In this document: in pieces, positions 34,263-44,394 of the stretch
Layout of the letters: every line of letters begins with the position of its first letter
Position numbering within the stretch: the first letter of the stretch is position 1
Assembly: GCA_965219455.1 (NCBI GenBank)
Contig: OZ244744.1
Coordinates: 2,816,001 to 2,880,000, forward strand
DNA length: 64,000 nucleotides
DNA from: Candidatus Latescibacterota bacterium
GTDB lineage: Bacteria > Latescibacterota > UBA2968 > GCA-2709665
Direction: 5' to 3'
Program-made: the position numbers and the translations under genes
The notes under the pieces: model-generated
The model's input: the letters and a program-made list of their open reading frames with translations, nothing else
Databases searched by the model: none
What the model was told of the DNA's origin: nothing

Positions 34263-35711
34263 ATGCCGAAAGATCGGCCTAACGTGGTGTTGATCATGAC
34301 GGACCAGCAGCGGGGGGATTGCCTGGGTCTGGATCCGAATGCGCCGGAAGCCTTGCAGACGCCCAACCTGGATTGGCTGGGCGCCACGGGGGCGTTTTTC
34401 GGCCGTGGTTATTCTGAGTGTCCCAGTTGTATACCGGCGAGGCGCTCCCTGATGACGGGTACGGCGCCTGCGGCGAATGGCGTTGTGGGGTTTCAGGGCA
34501 CGGAATGGAAGCCGGCGCACACCCTCGCCGGAGAGCTGTCGAGGGCGGGATACCAGACGGAGATGATCGGGAAGTTACATTTATCGCCATTGCGAAAGCG
34601 GTACGGATTCGACCATATGCAGCTTGCGGATGGCACGCGGGGGAAGGAGAACGACTACGTGGATTGGCTGCGCGAACGCCACGGGCGCGCGGAGGTGGAT
34701 CCCGGTATGGCACACGGGCTTTCGTCAAACGGTTGGGTGGGACGGCCGCACCATCTGCCCGAAGAGCAGATGCATACGTTCTGGTGCGTGGACCGGGCGA
34801 TGGCGTTTCTTCAGAAGCGGGATCCGTCTGCGCCCTTCTTCCTGAATCTCTCCTTCATCGATCCACATCCACCGTTGACGCCGCCGCGGGTCTACTATGA
34901 CCGCTATATCAATCGGACGTTGCCCGAACCCGCTGTAGGAGATTGGGCGCCCGAGTTCGACGGGCCGCGAAAGGGGTTGGATCCGAATTCCTCGGAAATC
35001 TGTCTGAGTGCCCACGATATGCAGTGTGCGCGTGCGGCGTACTACGGGATGGTGAATTTTATCGATGATCAGATCGGAAGGTTGATTCAATTCGCGCGGG
35101 GTATCTTGAATGAGAGTCTCATTATCTTCACCTCAGACCACGGGGAGATGCTCGGGGATCATCGCTTGTTCCGGAAAACGTGGCCCTATGAGGCATCGGC
35201 CCGGGTGCCGTATCTGATCCGGGCGCCGCAGAGCTGGGGGGCGCCGGAATTGGTGACGTGCCAGACACCAGTGGGGCTGCAGGACATCATGCCGACAATT
35301 CTGGATGCCTGCGGCCTGGAGGTGCCGGAAACGTGTACGGGAAGGAGTCTGGTGCCGGTGTTGCGCGGGGAAGCGGATGGCGTCCGCGAGGTATTACATG
35401 GTGAGCACTCGGGATGTTATTCCTATGACCAGGGCAATCACTATGTAACGGATGGGCATCATAAATACGTCTGGTATACACAGACGGGCCGGGAGCACCT
35501 GTTCGACCTGGACGAAGATCCGCTTGAACTGCAAGACCTGGCGTCGGGGGAAGGCGCGGAGGACCGGTTGACCCCATGGCGGAAGCGATTGATCGGGTTT
35601 CTCAAGCGCCGGCCTGAGGGGTTTACGGACGGGGAGAAGTTGATAGCCGGCCGTGAGCATCGATCGGTGATGCCGGGGTACGAGCCGGCGACGGCGTATC
35701 CGTTCCTATAG
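34263..35711 (+). CDS. Arylsulfatase-family sulfatase
   Basis: PNVVLIMTDQQR, CIPAR (CxPxR), GKLH, SDHGEMLGDH. Confidence 0.93.
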   Translation: MPKDRPNVVLIMTDQQRGDCLGLDPNAPEALQTPNLDWLGATGAFFGRGYSECPSCIPARRSLMTGTAPAANGVVGFQGTEWKPAHTLAGELSRAGYQTEMIGKLHLSPLRKRYGFDHMQLADGTRGKENDYVDWLRERHGRAEVDPGMAHGLSSNGWVGRPHHLPEEQMHTFWCVDRAMAFLQKRDPSAPFFLNLSFIDPHPPLTPPRVYYDRYINRTLPEPAVGDWAPEFDGPRKGLDPNSSEICLSAHDMQCARAAYYGMVNFIDDQIGRLIQFARGILNESLIIFTSDHGEMLGDHRLFRKTWPYEASARVPYLIRAPQSWGAPELVTCQTPVGLQDIMPTILDACGLEVPETCTGRSLVPVLRGEADGVREVLHGEHSGCYSYDQGNHYVTDGHHKYVWYTQTGREHLFDLDEDPLELQDLASGEGAEDRLTPWRKRLIGFLKRRPEGFTDGEKLIAGREHRSVMPGYEPATAYPFL

Positions 35712-35904
35712 GACGGTTCTCGCCACGACGAGGGCAAATCGAATATCCCGACTGAACGGCGCGCATGGTTTTGATTGCCGCGGTCGGTCCCGCCCGGTAT
35801 ATTTCGACGGCTGTTTTTGCCCGGCGTTCCGTGCGCCTTTACACATTTCCGGACATCGAGTCGTACCCAGCAGATTATCGCACCAGATAAAGGAGAAGCA
35901 ACGT

Positions 35905-36339
35905 ATGGATTCGTTCAAACGCATCGTTGGCGTCTATCTTATCGTCGTTGCGGCCGTGGTGGCAATCCATACGGTCGCCGAACCCCTGTGTTATACTTCC
36001 ACCGAAGCCAGCCCGTACAGCCCGCATTGGAGCAAGATTAATGCGCTCATGGTGCTGGCGATCGTGTTGGGCGCAATCTTCGGATATATTCGCAAGCGCG
36101 GCGCTGGAAGCGAAGGCGGTGACGCTTCCGTAACCCGTGAATATCTCGAAGCCAACGTGCAATTCTACAGTCTCCTTTTTGTTGGCATTCTTTTTTTCTG
36201 GAACTTCTTCAACCTCCACAGTCCCGGTTTCACGGCCATAGCAATGGAAACGGTTTCCGCGGTGTGGATTGTGATAAACGTCGCCTTGCCGTTGATCCTG
36301 GCAGCAATAGGCATCTCCATGCTTAGAACCGAAAAGTAG
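35905..36339 (+). CDS. Hypothetical membrane protein
   Basis: AAGGAG RBS, four hydrophobic segments. Confidence 0.75.
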   Translation: MDSFKRIVGVYLIVVAAVVAIHTVAEPLCYTSTEASPYSPHWSKINALMVLAIVLGAIFGYIRKRGAGSEGGDASVTREYLEANVQFYSLLFVGILFFWNFFNLHSPGFTAIAMETVSAVWIVINVALPLILAAIGISMLRTEK

Positions 36340-36481
36340 CTGTCTGTGAATCGCAACTCTATCATGGCGCCGCTATGATGTATGTTCCGGCTGTGGCGCA
36401 TGATGGGTATATGCAAGGAACAAGAAAAGGCCGTCAGGTGGTCTGTAGCGCAGTCTGACGGCTTTACCGTATTTCGCCGGC

Positions 36482-36877
36482 TCAACTCCTTCTATCGCGC
36501 GCGATAAGCAAGTCGGCAGGGATACCCAGGTTTTTCGTCAGGGCGGCAATTTGGCGAATGGAGAGGGTTCGGGAGCCTTTGAAGAATTCGGAAACACGGC
36601 TTCTGCCACCGAACCATTCGGCGAGATCGGATCGCGAGAGTCCCTTCTGCTCCAGCATAAACTCCACGATCTCCCGGGGATCCATGGTTTCATCGATGGG
36701 AGACCGGGCATCTTCGTACGCATGTACCAAAACGGAAAGAAATTCCAGGCGTTCATATGCTTCTGAACCCGGTTCGGGATCGGCGTCCAGCAGGTCATCG
36801 ATTTCGCGCACTGCCGTGTCGTATTCGGCTTCGTTTCGTAGAACGTGGGGTTTTGTAAAATCGAGAAGCATGGCCAT
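36482..36877 (-). CDS. higA: HigA-like antitoxin (HTH), orphan
   Basis: NEAEYDTA...LVHAYE...MEQKGLSRSDL...SRVSE...RTLS. Confidence 0.85.
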   Translation of the reverse strand: MAMLLDFTKPHVLRNEAEYDTAVREIDDLLDADPEPGSEAYERLEFLSVLVHAYEDARSPIDETMDPREIVEFMLEQKGLSRSDLAEWFGGRSRVSEFFKGSRTLSIRQIAALTKNLGIPADLLIARDRRS

Positions 36878-36889
36878 ATCCGATTCCTT

Positions 36890-37807
36890 TTAAATTGCAA
36901 TGCGGTGATTTCTTGATTTTTTTTTCGATCTCGAACCGAGCCGTTGGATCAGCAGGCCGGCGACAATGAGAATCAGCCCGATCGGGGTGGAAGGCAGGAT
37001 TTCTTCGCCCACCAGGAAGTGGATGAAGATCAGGGAGACGAACGGAGAGATGAAGATCAGGTTGGCAACTCTGGCCGTAGTTTCCGAGAGTCGTAGCGCG
37101 ACCAGCCAGAAAACGAAGGCGATGCCCATTTCGAAAACGCCGACGTATGCGGCGCCCATCAGGCCGTAGAGATTGGTAGTTTGGAGATCCGAAAAGACAA
37201 GGCAGAGTACGATAATAAACGGCAGGGCAAACGTGAAGTTGAGAAAAAGGCCGACTACGGCGTCCCGGTCATCCCGCGTGTTGTAGATCCAGTACAACGC
37301 CCATACGATCGTGCTGGCGAGGGCCAGGGTGACGCCGAGGGGGTCCGAGAGCCGGAAATCCAGGACGTTGCCGCGCGTGGAGATCACCAGGACGCCGGCA
37401 TAACACACGAACCCGGCAAGGATTTCCTGTGGTTTTATGCGCTGTTTTAAAAGCGGAATGGACAGGAGCGAGAGCGTAATGGCCCAGGTGTAGTTCAGGG
37501 GCTGAGCTTCCTGAGCGGGCAGAAGATCGTAAGCTTTGAAGAGGATCACGTAGTAGAGGCATGGGTTGAGCAGGCCGAGAAGGAGCGACTTCAAATATTG
37601 TTGTTTTGAGTACGAAAAAACGAGGCGCAGTTTGCCCTGGATGACGACAATGAGCCCCAGGGTACACGTGGAAGCCAGGCCGGCATAGAAGAGAAGTTGA
37701 AGGGGGTCCAGATATCGGAGGGAGATCTTGAAGGCGGAGGCGACGGTCGACCAGAGAAGAACCGTGGCTATGGCGAAGAGGTAGGCTTTATTCTGGTCGC
37801 GCATCAA
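36890..37807 (-). CDS. EamA/DMT-family transporter
   Basis: About 10 TM segments with duplicated EamA motifs. Confidence 0.9.
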   Translation of the reverse strand: MMRDQNKAYLFAIATVLLWSTVASAFKISLRYLDPLQLLFYAGLASTCTLGLIVVIQGKLRLVFSYSKQQYLKSLLLGLLNPCLYYVILFKAYDLLPAQEAQPLNYTWAITLSLLSIPLLKQRIKPQEILAGFVCYAGVLVISTRGNVLDFRLSDPLGVTLALASTIVWALYWIYNTRDDRDAVVGLFLNFTFALPFIIVLCLVFSDLQTTNLYGLMGAAYVGVFEMGIAFVFWLVALRLSETTARVANLIFISPFVSLIFIHFLVGEEILPSTPIGLILIVAGLLIQRLGSRSKKKSRNHRIAI

Positions 37808-37894
37808 GGGCTGGGAACTGTAACACTTTCATAGTGCAGAGTAAGGATCTGAGGATGTTTACCACCCCGCCCCCCTCACTTCAATCAATTCTCA

Positions 37895-38128
37895 TTTTTT
37901 CTTCGTCCTTTTTCTTATTCGCGTAAGAAAAAGGACCAAAAAGAACCGCGCCGTTCGGCACGGGGCCGGTTTTTCCGTGAATCACTTCTGGGGCACGAAT
38001 GTCAATTAGCCGTCCTACGAGCCCTCCTGGAACCCCGGCCGACGGTGATGAACGGAATAACACGGAAAAACCCCCCACGCCACCACCGGATGGCCATGAG
38101 GTATACCGCGAAGGCGTTTTGAACGTGT
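37895..38128 (+). repeat. Structured dispersed repeat A, copy 3
   Basis: Same core with the CCGTG/CACGG stem variant; 3' extension shared with copy 5. Confidence 0.85.
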
Positions 38129-38207
38129 TTTCGGTCTTGGGGCCAGTCCAAAATTAAATCTATACGTCGTAACGTATCGTAATGATTCCGGACGGATCAA
38201 CGCTTGT

Positions 38208-38281
38208 CTCCCCCTTTCCTTTAGGAGAGGGGGCCGGGGGGAGAGGTCCCGCTTTTAGCTGACAGCTGAAGGCTGACAGCC
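38208..38281. repeat. CCCC-TCC/GGAGAGGGG palindrome followed by a heptamer tail
   Basis: CTCCCCCTTTCCTTTAGGAGAGGGGGCCGGGGGGAGAGGT also occurs at ~55964; then GCTGACAGCTGAAGGCTGACAGC. Confidence 0.7.
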
Positions 38282-38294
38282 AATGGCATTATTT

Positions 38295-39230
38295 TTATTC
38301 CTTTTCCACCTTGTCCAGTTTCCGTTCGTAACTCATGTTGATTTCGGCGCGGATGTTGTCCACGGGTTTCTTGTGGTCTACACGCCTTACCTGGGGGCGC
38401 GTGAAGTTCATCCGTACCTTTTGGGACAGCACGATTCCACGGTCCGTGTCGATGACCCAGGTGCTTTTACCTTCTCCGGTTCCGTCGACGACCAGAAACA
38501 GAGAGCCAATATTGACAGGCGCTCTGAAACGGACGTCTCTGTCTTCCTCGAACGTGACAATTTTATTTCCCTTTTTGGTGGCGATATTTTTCACCTTGTA
38601 TGTGCTCTTGAGTTCCACGATGGCGTCGTCATCGAGCCGCAGGACCGGGGTTTTGAAATTCAGTTCGCCCGTCCAGGTGTCGCCGGGGCCGACCGGCTCC
38701 GGCGGAAGGACGGGCTGAAATTCGGGCGCCCAGACCTGCCAGATATCCGTGAGAATGTCCGGACGGTTGAGTTCTGCCGGGGAAAAATTGGGTGAAAACC
38801 GCTGAATCGTTCCATCCGAAGACAGAATCCAGGTGAGTTGCCGGTCGTCCAGTTGATCCAGCGTATAGGGAAACTGGTCGTAAGTGAGGCGTTTCCGCTC
38901 GAAGAAGAAACCGCTGAAGGCTTTGCTTAAGGTTGCGACAATGCGCGTGGTTTGCACATCGGATTCACCGTCCGTACCGGTTTGCGTGATTTCCCGGCTT
39001 TGCCATTCGCCCCTGATCTCGCCGGAGGTATTTCCGCGATTGGTGCGTCCGGGAACGAGCATTTCGGCGCGGTCGCTCTTGTAGGAAAAGGAATATTTGT
39101 GTTTGTACTTGACGGTACGGCCGTCGGGATAGGACAGGCGAACGGCGACCTTGTCGGCAGCCCGCGTGGAAGTGCCCATCGACAACAGAAAAACAAGACA
39201 CGGGACCAGACATCTGGTAGTAGATTTCAT
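38295..39230 (-). CDS. Secreted beta-rich hypothetical protein
   Basis: GGAGG RBS, signal peptide MKSTTRCLVPCLVFLL, LPPEPVGPGDTW motif. Confidence 0.7.
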   Translation of the reverse strand: MKSTTRCLVPCLVFLLSMGTSTRAADKVAVRLSYPDGRTVKYKHKYSFSYKSDRAEMLVPGRTNRGNTSGEIRGEWQSREITQTGTDGESDVQTTRIVATLSKAFSGFFFERKRLTYDQFPYTLDQLDDRQLTWILSSDGTIQRFSPNFSPAELNRPDILTDIWQVWAPEFQPVLPPEPVGPGDTWTGELNFKTPVLRLDDDAIVELKSTYKVKNIATKKGNKIVTFEEDRDVRFRAPVNIGSLFLVVDGTGEGKSTWVIDTDRGIVLSQKVRMNFTRPQVRRVDHKKPVDNIRAEINMSYERKLDKVEKE

Positions 39231-39259
39231 ATGAAAGCCTCCTATGTTTAGGATCCGGT

Positions 39260-40513
39260 TTACTTGAAAAGAAGCCCGAAATAGAAAAGGGGGCTGAAGA
39301 GTTTTTTCTTGGGAACGGCGTTGGCGATCATGCCGGTTATAAGATCGCTGATTTGCTGACTGTGCGCCGCCTTTTGGATGACAAGATTCAGCAGCGGCCG
39401 CCATCGGCCCAGGTCCTGCAAGCGCTTGCTGGTTTTGAGTTCGTCGCCAATGGCGTCCCAGAGGCGGTCTTCGTAACGTTTCAAAAAGGCTTCGCTGAAG
39501 TCGTTCGCCGTTCTGGCTTCGGCGGCGACCTGTGCGGCAAACCGGGCGGCGTACAGGGCGTTGCCGATGCCCTCCCCCGTGAAGGGGTCGATCAGCCCGG
39601 CGGCGTCGCCGAGAAGCATGAATCCGTTGCCATAACTCTTCCTTCGGATGCTGCCGATGGGCAGATTCCATCCGATGGGTTCTTCCATGGCGCGCGCATT
39701 CGCGAACCGCCGGTCGAAGGGCGGGCGGTTGATTACTTTCTGAAGCGCCTCCTTCAGATTGACTCTGCGGCGCTTGAGGCTGCTGTGCAGCATGCCGATG
39801 CCGACGTTTGCATAGCCGTTCTCAAGGGGGAAGGCCCAGAAGTATCCCGGCAGGACTTCATTGACGAAGTGAAGTTCGATCTGGTCCTTCAGTCCCGTCA
39901 CGTTCTCGTAGTAGCAACGCAGGGCGACAACCCAGTGCCGGCCGTCGTGGCGATATTGACCCGTTCGTCGGGCGACGATGGAGTTGAAACCATCACAACC
40001 CATGACCAGGTTGGCGCGGTAGGTACGCTGTTGTCCTTCGCAGGTACCGGTTACCCCCTTGACGGTTCCGTTCTCCCGGACAAGGTCCTTTACCGTAAAT
40101 CCTTCGATGCAGGCATCGACGCATCTCCGGGCTTCCCGGAACAGAAAGGCGTCGAAAACCGTCCGGCGGATGACAAATCCCTCCATGGGGATATCCCGAC
40201 CGGTACCGATGTCGTGAAGGGTATGCCGCTCCAGGTTGATACAGGCATCCACGTGATTCGGGCTGCTGAATACGATCTTGTTGATGAACGCGCCGGGCAG
40301 ATTCCGGATCTTTTCAAGCAGGCCGAGTTCGAGCAGTATGGCAACGGCTTTTCCCGACAGGGCGTCGCCGCAAACCTTGTCTCGGGGGAAGGTGGACTTG
40401 TCCAGCAAAAGCGTCTTGAGACCGTGTCGGGCAGCGTACAGGGCGGTTGCGGCGCCCGCCGGGCCTGCGCCCACGATAATCAAATCATAGTTCGTTCGTT
40501 GAGGGTCCGACAT
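39260..40513 (-). CDS. Geranylgeranyl reductase-family FAD oxidoreductase
   Basis: IIVGAGPAG, FPRDKVCGD, GYFWAFP, GDAAGLIDPFTGEGI. Confidence 0.92.
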   Translation of the reverse strand: MSDPQRTNYDLIIVGAGPAGAATALYAARHGLKTLLLDKSTFPRDKVCGDALSGKAVAILLELGLLEKIRNLPGAFINKIVFSSPNHVDACINLERHTLHDIGTGRDIPMEGFVIRRTVFDAFLFREARRCVDACIEGFTVKDLVRENGTVKGVTGTCEGQQRTYRANLVMGCDGFNSIVARRTGQYRHDGRHWVVALRCYYENVTGLKDQIELHFVNEVLPGYFWAFPLENGYANVGIGMLHSSLKRRRVNLKEALQKVINRPPFDRRFANARAMEEPIGWNLPIGSIRRKSYGNGFMLLGDAAGLIDPFTGEGIGNALYAARFAAQVAAEARTANDFSEAFLKRYEDRLWDAIGDELKTSKRLQDLGRWRPLLNLVIQKAAHSQQISDLITGMIANAVPKKKLFSPLFYFGLLFK

Positions 40514-40622
40514 AGAGTCTCAGGATCGCGACGGCGATAGATTCAAGCTACGGTACCTGTTAACATATCCTTATCGTGCGGATGCGTCAAGCGAGAAAAC
40601 CTGTCGACGGAGCCGGAGGAAC

Positions 40623-42803
40623 GTGGCCTTGAGCAAGAAACGGACGAGACATACGAAACGGCAATCAACAGTCGGCTTCCGCAAGCCCGCCACCGTCGCC
40701 GCCGTGTTTTTGGGGCTGCACGTCCTTCTCGCGTTCTGGCGTCCCAACCCCTTCTGGGGTGCGGATTTCCTGTACTATTATTCCGACCCTCAGCGGACTG
40801 TTTTCATCCTGTTTGCGATACTCGTTTTCGTCCTGTGCGTGCTGGCTCGTGCCCACGCCTGGCTCGCAATGTTTCCTGCCACCCTCTGGGGCAACGGCGC
40901 CCGCACCTGGTTGACCCGCATTCTGGTGATGCTCCTTGCGCTGGCGGGCTTCGTTGCGCTACAGTCCTCGCGGCATCTCCTGGGCGACGGGTACCTTTAC
41001 CTGCGGGAATTGGACGCCGGTATCTGGCAACGCGTCGACCGGGCGCCGCTCACTTTCGATCTGATTCGACTTCTGCATCACGCCGGCGCCGCGGTCTGGC
41101 AAACCGCCGAGAACACGTACCGTGTATACAGCTATACCTCCGGTCTCCTGTACGTCCTGCTCGCCTTCGCCACGGCCGGCGTCCTTGGAAGGAACAACCG
41201 CGAAAAAACCGTGGTATTCGCCTTCCTCGTTACGGCCGGATACGTACAACTCTTCTTTGGTTACGTGGAAAACTACGCCTTTTACATGCCGGCCAGTCTA
41301 CTCTACCTGCTTGCCGGTCTTCGATGCCTGGCCAACCGCGCGCCCCTCTACGTGCCCGCGCTCGTACTCGGTCTGCTCATTCCGTTCCACTTTTTGTTTG
41401 TCCTCTTCGCACCCTCCCTTCTCATCCTTGCGTATTGCGGGTATCGGCGCAGTGGCGCCTCATCGCCACGATGGATAAACGTTTTGGCAAATATAGCCGC
41501 GCTGTGCACCGCCCCGTTTACCGCGGTGCTGCTCCTTTGGACCGCGGGCTTCGACTTCGCTGCCTTTCTGGCGCGGACCGGCGGAAAACACCACATACTC
41601 CCCCTTTTTTCGGAACCTGGATTTCACGTACCCTACAGCCTCGCCTCGATATCTCACGTACTCGACTTCATCAACCTTCAGATCCTTTCGGCCCCCGCCG
41701 CGTTGATGGCGCTGTTCCTGTTCGGCAGGAAAGACTTTCGACACCATCCCTTCCTCCTTGCCGCCGCCGCCGTCCCGCTCTTCTTCACGTTTATCGCCAA
41801 CCCCGAGATCGGCGCCTTCAGAGACTGGGACATTCTGGCGCTTCCGGCCATGCCGCTCACGCTCTGGGCCGCATCGGCGCTGCTGGCGCGCAGGCGTCAG
41901 GACGAATTGCGGTTCCGAAACGTCTCCGTGATCTGCGCCGCGGCCGCCCTGCACACCATGCTGTGGATCGGCGTGAACGCCAACCCCGCGGCCGCCGAGG
42001 CGCGGTACGCGCACCTCATGGGCCGGCTGAGCGGACATGCCGCCTCGTACGGATGGGAAACACTTGGCACATACCACCGGCTGCGGGGAAAAACGGTACC
42101 CGCGCTCAACGCCTACAGGCGCGCGCTCGAAGCGAGCCCGAAAAACCCCAGACACTGGTTGTCGGTCGGGATCATCTACTGCGACCTCGGGCAGGCGGAG
42201 CGTGGGATCGACCACCTCAGAAAAGCGGTGGAGATCCAACCCGACCTCGCTGAGGCGCATATCAATCTGGGTGCTGCCTATCTGGGAACCGGGCGTCACG
42301 GGGCAGCGGTAGATCACCTCGAGAAAGCCGTTGAACTCCAACCGGAGGCCGCGATCACATATGTCAACCTCGGCGCCGCCTACAACGAGATGGGCAGGCA
42401 CGGCAAAGCCCTCGGCCCGCTCAATAAAGCTCTTGAGATACAACCCGGACACGCGGGCGCGCATGTCAATCTCGGCGCGGCCTACCATGGTCTTGGCCGG
42501 TACGAGGAGGCAGTCGAATACCTGAAGAAAGCAATTGAGCTCCAGCCCGCGCTGGGCAGCGCTCAGACCTATCTGAACATCGGCGGAACGTATCACAGCA
42601 TGGGTCAGTACGATAAGGCGATCCCGTACCTTCAAAGAGCCATTCAAATCAATCCCCGGTTCCCGAACGCCTACTTTAACCTGGGCCTTGCCTACGGCGC
42701 TCTGAACCGCATGGAGGAAGCCAGAGCCAACCTGCAGAAAGCCCTGGAACTGAATCCCGACGATCCGCAGGCCCCGATGATCAGACAGTTACTGAGGCAA
42801 TGA
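40623..42803 (+). CDS. Polytopic membrane protein (GT-C-like) with C-terminal TPR array
   Basis: Many TM segments with GDG, ENY and RDWD motifs; ~7 canonical TPRs. Confidence 0.8.
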   Translation: MALSKKRTRHTKRQSTVGFRKPATVAAVFLGLHVLLAFWRPNPFWGADFLYYYSDPQRTVFILFAILVFVLCVLARAHAWLAMFPATLWGNGARTWLTRILVMLLALAGFVALQSSRHLLGDGYLYLRELDAGIWQRVDRAPLTFDLIRLLHHAGAAVWQTAENTYRVYSYTSGLLYVLLAFATAGVLGRNNREKTVVFAFLVTAGYVQLFFGYVENYAFYMPASLLYLLAGLRCLANRAPLYVPALVLGLLIPFHFLFVLFAPSLLILAYCGYRRSGASSPRWINVLANIAALCTAPFTAVLLLWTAGFDFAAFLARTGGKHHILPLFSEPGFHVPYSLASISHVLDFINLQILSAPAALMALFLFGRKDFRHHPFLLAAAAVPLFFTFIANPEIGAFRDWDILALPAMPLTLWAASALLARRRQDELRFRNVSVICAAAALHTMLWIGVNANPAAAEARYAHLMGRLSGHAASYGWETLGTYHRLRGKTVPALNAYRRALEASPKNPRHWLSVGIIYCDLGQAERGIDHLRKAVEIQPDLAEAHINLGAAYLGTGRHGAAVDHLEKAVELQPEAAITYVNLGAAYNEMGRHGKALGPLNKALEIQPGHAGAHVNLGAAYHGLGRYEEAVEYLKKAIELQPALGSAQTYLNIGGTYHSMGQYDKAIPYLQRAIQINPRFPNAYFNLGLAYGALNRMEEARANLQKALELNPDDPQAPMIRQLLRQ

Positions 42804-42855
42804 GCTATCAGCGGTCAGTAATCAGCCGTCAGCAATCAGCGGTCAGCCAACAGCA
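42804..42855 (+). repeat. Heptamer tandem repeat (GCNNTCA)
   Basis: GCTATCA GCGGTCA GTAATCA GCCGTCA GCAATCA GCGGTCA GCCAACA. Confidence 0.85.
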
Positions 42856-43075
42856 ATTGACCGCTCTTGTCTACGCATCAACGACAAATTCGTAGGGGCA
42901 ACCCTTGTGGTTGCCCGCGTCGTGGCGGGCATGTCGCCGATTTACATCGCGATGCCGTATCGATGTCCGGTGGCCGCGGGGCGGCCTTCTTACGTCTCCC
43001 GTCTCCCCTCTCACCTTTTGCAGATTTATGGAACTGCGTTCCGGGCGGACACAGACTTCACCTCTCACTTCATCC

Positions 43076-43277
43076 TTTTTTCTTCTTCGTCCTTTTTCTT
43101 ATCCGCGTAAGAAAAAGGACCAAAAAGAACCGCGCCGCTCAAACGCCGCGGGGCTGCTTTTCCGCGAACCACCTCGAAGGCCGAAACCGGAGGCTGTGCC
43201 CTGCGTGCCTCATTGACATCACGAAGCAAAGGTGGTGAACGGAATAACGCGGAAAAGCCCCCACCCTGCAACCGGTC
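43076..43277 (+). repeat. Structured dispersed repeat A, copy 4
   Basis: Core with the GCTTTTCCGCG/CGCGGAAAAGC stem variant. Confidence 0.8.
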
Positions 43278-43355
43278 GCATCTTGGGCAAAATGCACGAT
43301 TGGGCGAGAGGAGGACCCATGAAATCGCAGACCATTCCGCGCAGGATTCTAGTTT

Positions 43356-43467
43356 GTAGGGGCAACCCTTGTGGTTGCCCACATAATGGCGTTGACATCG
43401 GCAATTGATGTCGCCAGACCATATCGCGAACCGGTTTTAGCTGACTACTGTTTACTGACAGCTGACA
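43356..43467 (+). repeat. Composite repeat B (GTAG REP, linker, heptamer tail)
   Basis: Homologous to the reverse complement of the 59829-60280 tandem unit and to 30721-30936. Confidence 0.75.
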
Positions 43468-43495
43468 ATTGTTTTTCCTGACATTGGTGATTTAC

Positions 43496-44332
43496 TTGAA
43501 CCGAATCTATTTCATCTCCGACGTCCATATCGGGGCGCCGGACATTGGAGCCGGCGCCCGTGAGCGGGAAGACGTCCTGATCGACTTTCTGAAGTCCATC
43601 CGCCACGACGCGCGGGCGCTCTATATCGTCGGCGACCTCTTTGACTTCTGGTTCGAATACCGCACGACGATCCCTTCGAGCGGCGCCCGCGTACTATTCG
43701 AACTCTACAACCTGGTCGAGGCGGGCGTGAACGTGATTTACCTGCCGGGAAATCACGACCTCTGGCCGGGCGAATACTTCTCCGGGCAGGTCGGCATTGA
43801 ACTCCCGGGCGGTCCGATCACGGTCAGCCATCAGGGACTCAAAATCCACATTGCCCACGGAGACGAAATTCGGACCGACTGGCAATTCCGGCTCAGCCGC
43901 GGCGTCCTGAAAAACCGGTTCTGCGTGGCCCTTTTTCGCCTGCTTCACCCGGACCTGGGGGCCATCCTCGCCAGGTCCACCTCCCGTCTCTCCGAGTTCC
44001 GCATCCGGCGCCGGGGTCCCGGCAACCGGGATATTCTTTATCGGGCAGCCGGCGAAAAAATCGAGGAAGGCTTCGACATCGTAATCCACGGCCACTACCA
44101 CTTTTCTCTTCACGCTCGCGTGGGCGGTTCAGCCGTCGAGCAAGCAGGTCCCAGGGTGTGTCCCGGGAATCATGCCGATGGAGCCGCCGAACGCAGCGGG
44201 GAACTCGTCGTCCTGGGCGACTGGATTCAGCAATACACTTACGCGGTATTGGAAGGGGGCAGAATCCAGCTCAAGAAATGGGAAAAGGGCGGTTCACCTG
44301 AGCAGGTGATTGGCCTGGAAGGAGCCGAGTAA
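43496..44332 (+). CDS. lpxH: UDP-2,3-diacylglucosamine diphosphatase (LpxH-like metallophosphoesterase)
   Basis: SDVHIG, GDLFDFWFEY, GNHD, HGD, HGHYH, LGDW. Confidence 0.8.
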   Translation: MNRIYFISDVHIGAPDIGAGAREREDVLIDFLKSIRHDARALYIVGDLFDFWFEYRTTIPSSGARVLFELYNLVEAGVNVIYLPGNHDLWPGEYFSGQVGIELPGGPITVSHQGLKIHIAHGDEIRTDWQFRLSRGVLKNRFCVALFRLLHPDLGAILARSTSRLSEFRIRRRGPGNRDILYRAAGEKIEEGFDIVIHGHYHFSLHARVGGSAVEQAGPRVCPGNHADGAAERSGELVVLGDWIQQYTYAVLEGGRIQLKKWEKGGSPEQVIGLEGAE

Positions 44333-44394
44333 CGAAATTGCGCCGCGCCAACGACTCCTCCTGAACCCATTCCGAGACTCGCAGAGGCGTTTTT

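Noticed and set aside
32961-34520. Long antisense or alternate-frame ORFs (also 39353-40540, 40835-42253, 50453-51532, 52079-53200, 57847-59250)
   Set aside because: Shadow ORFs expected in high-GC DNA, overlapping well-supported genes or introns
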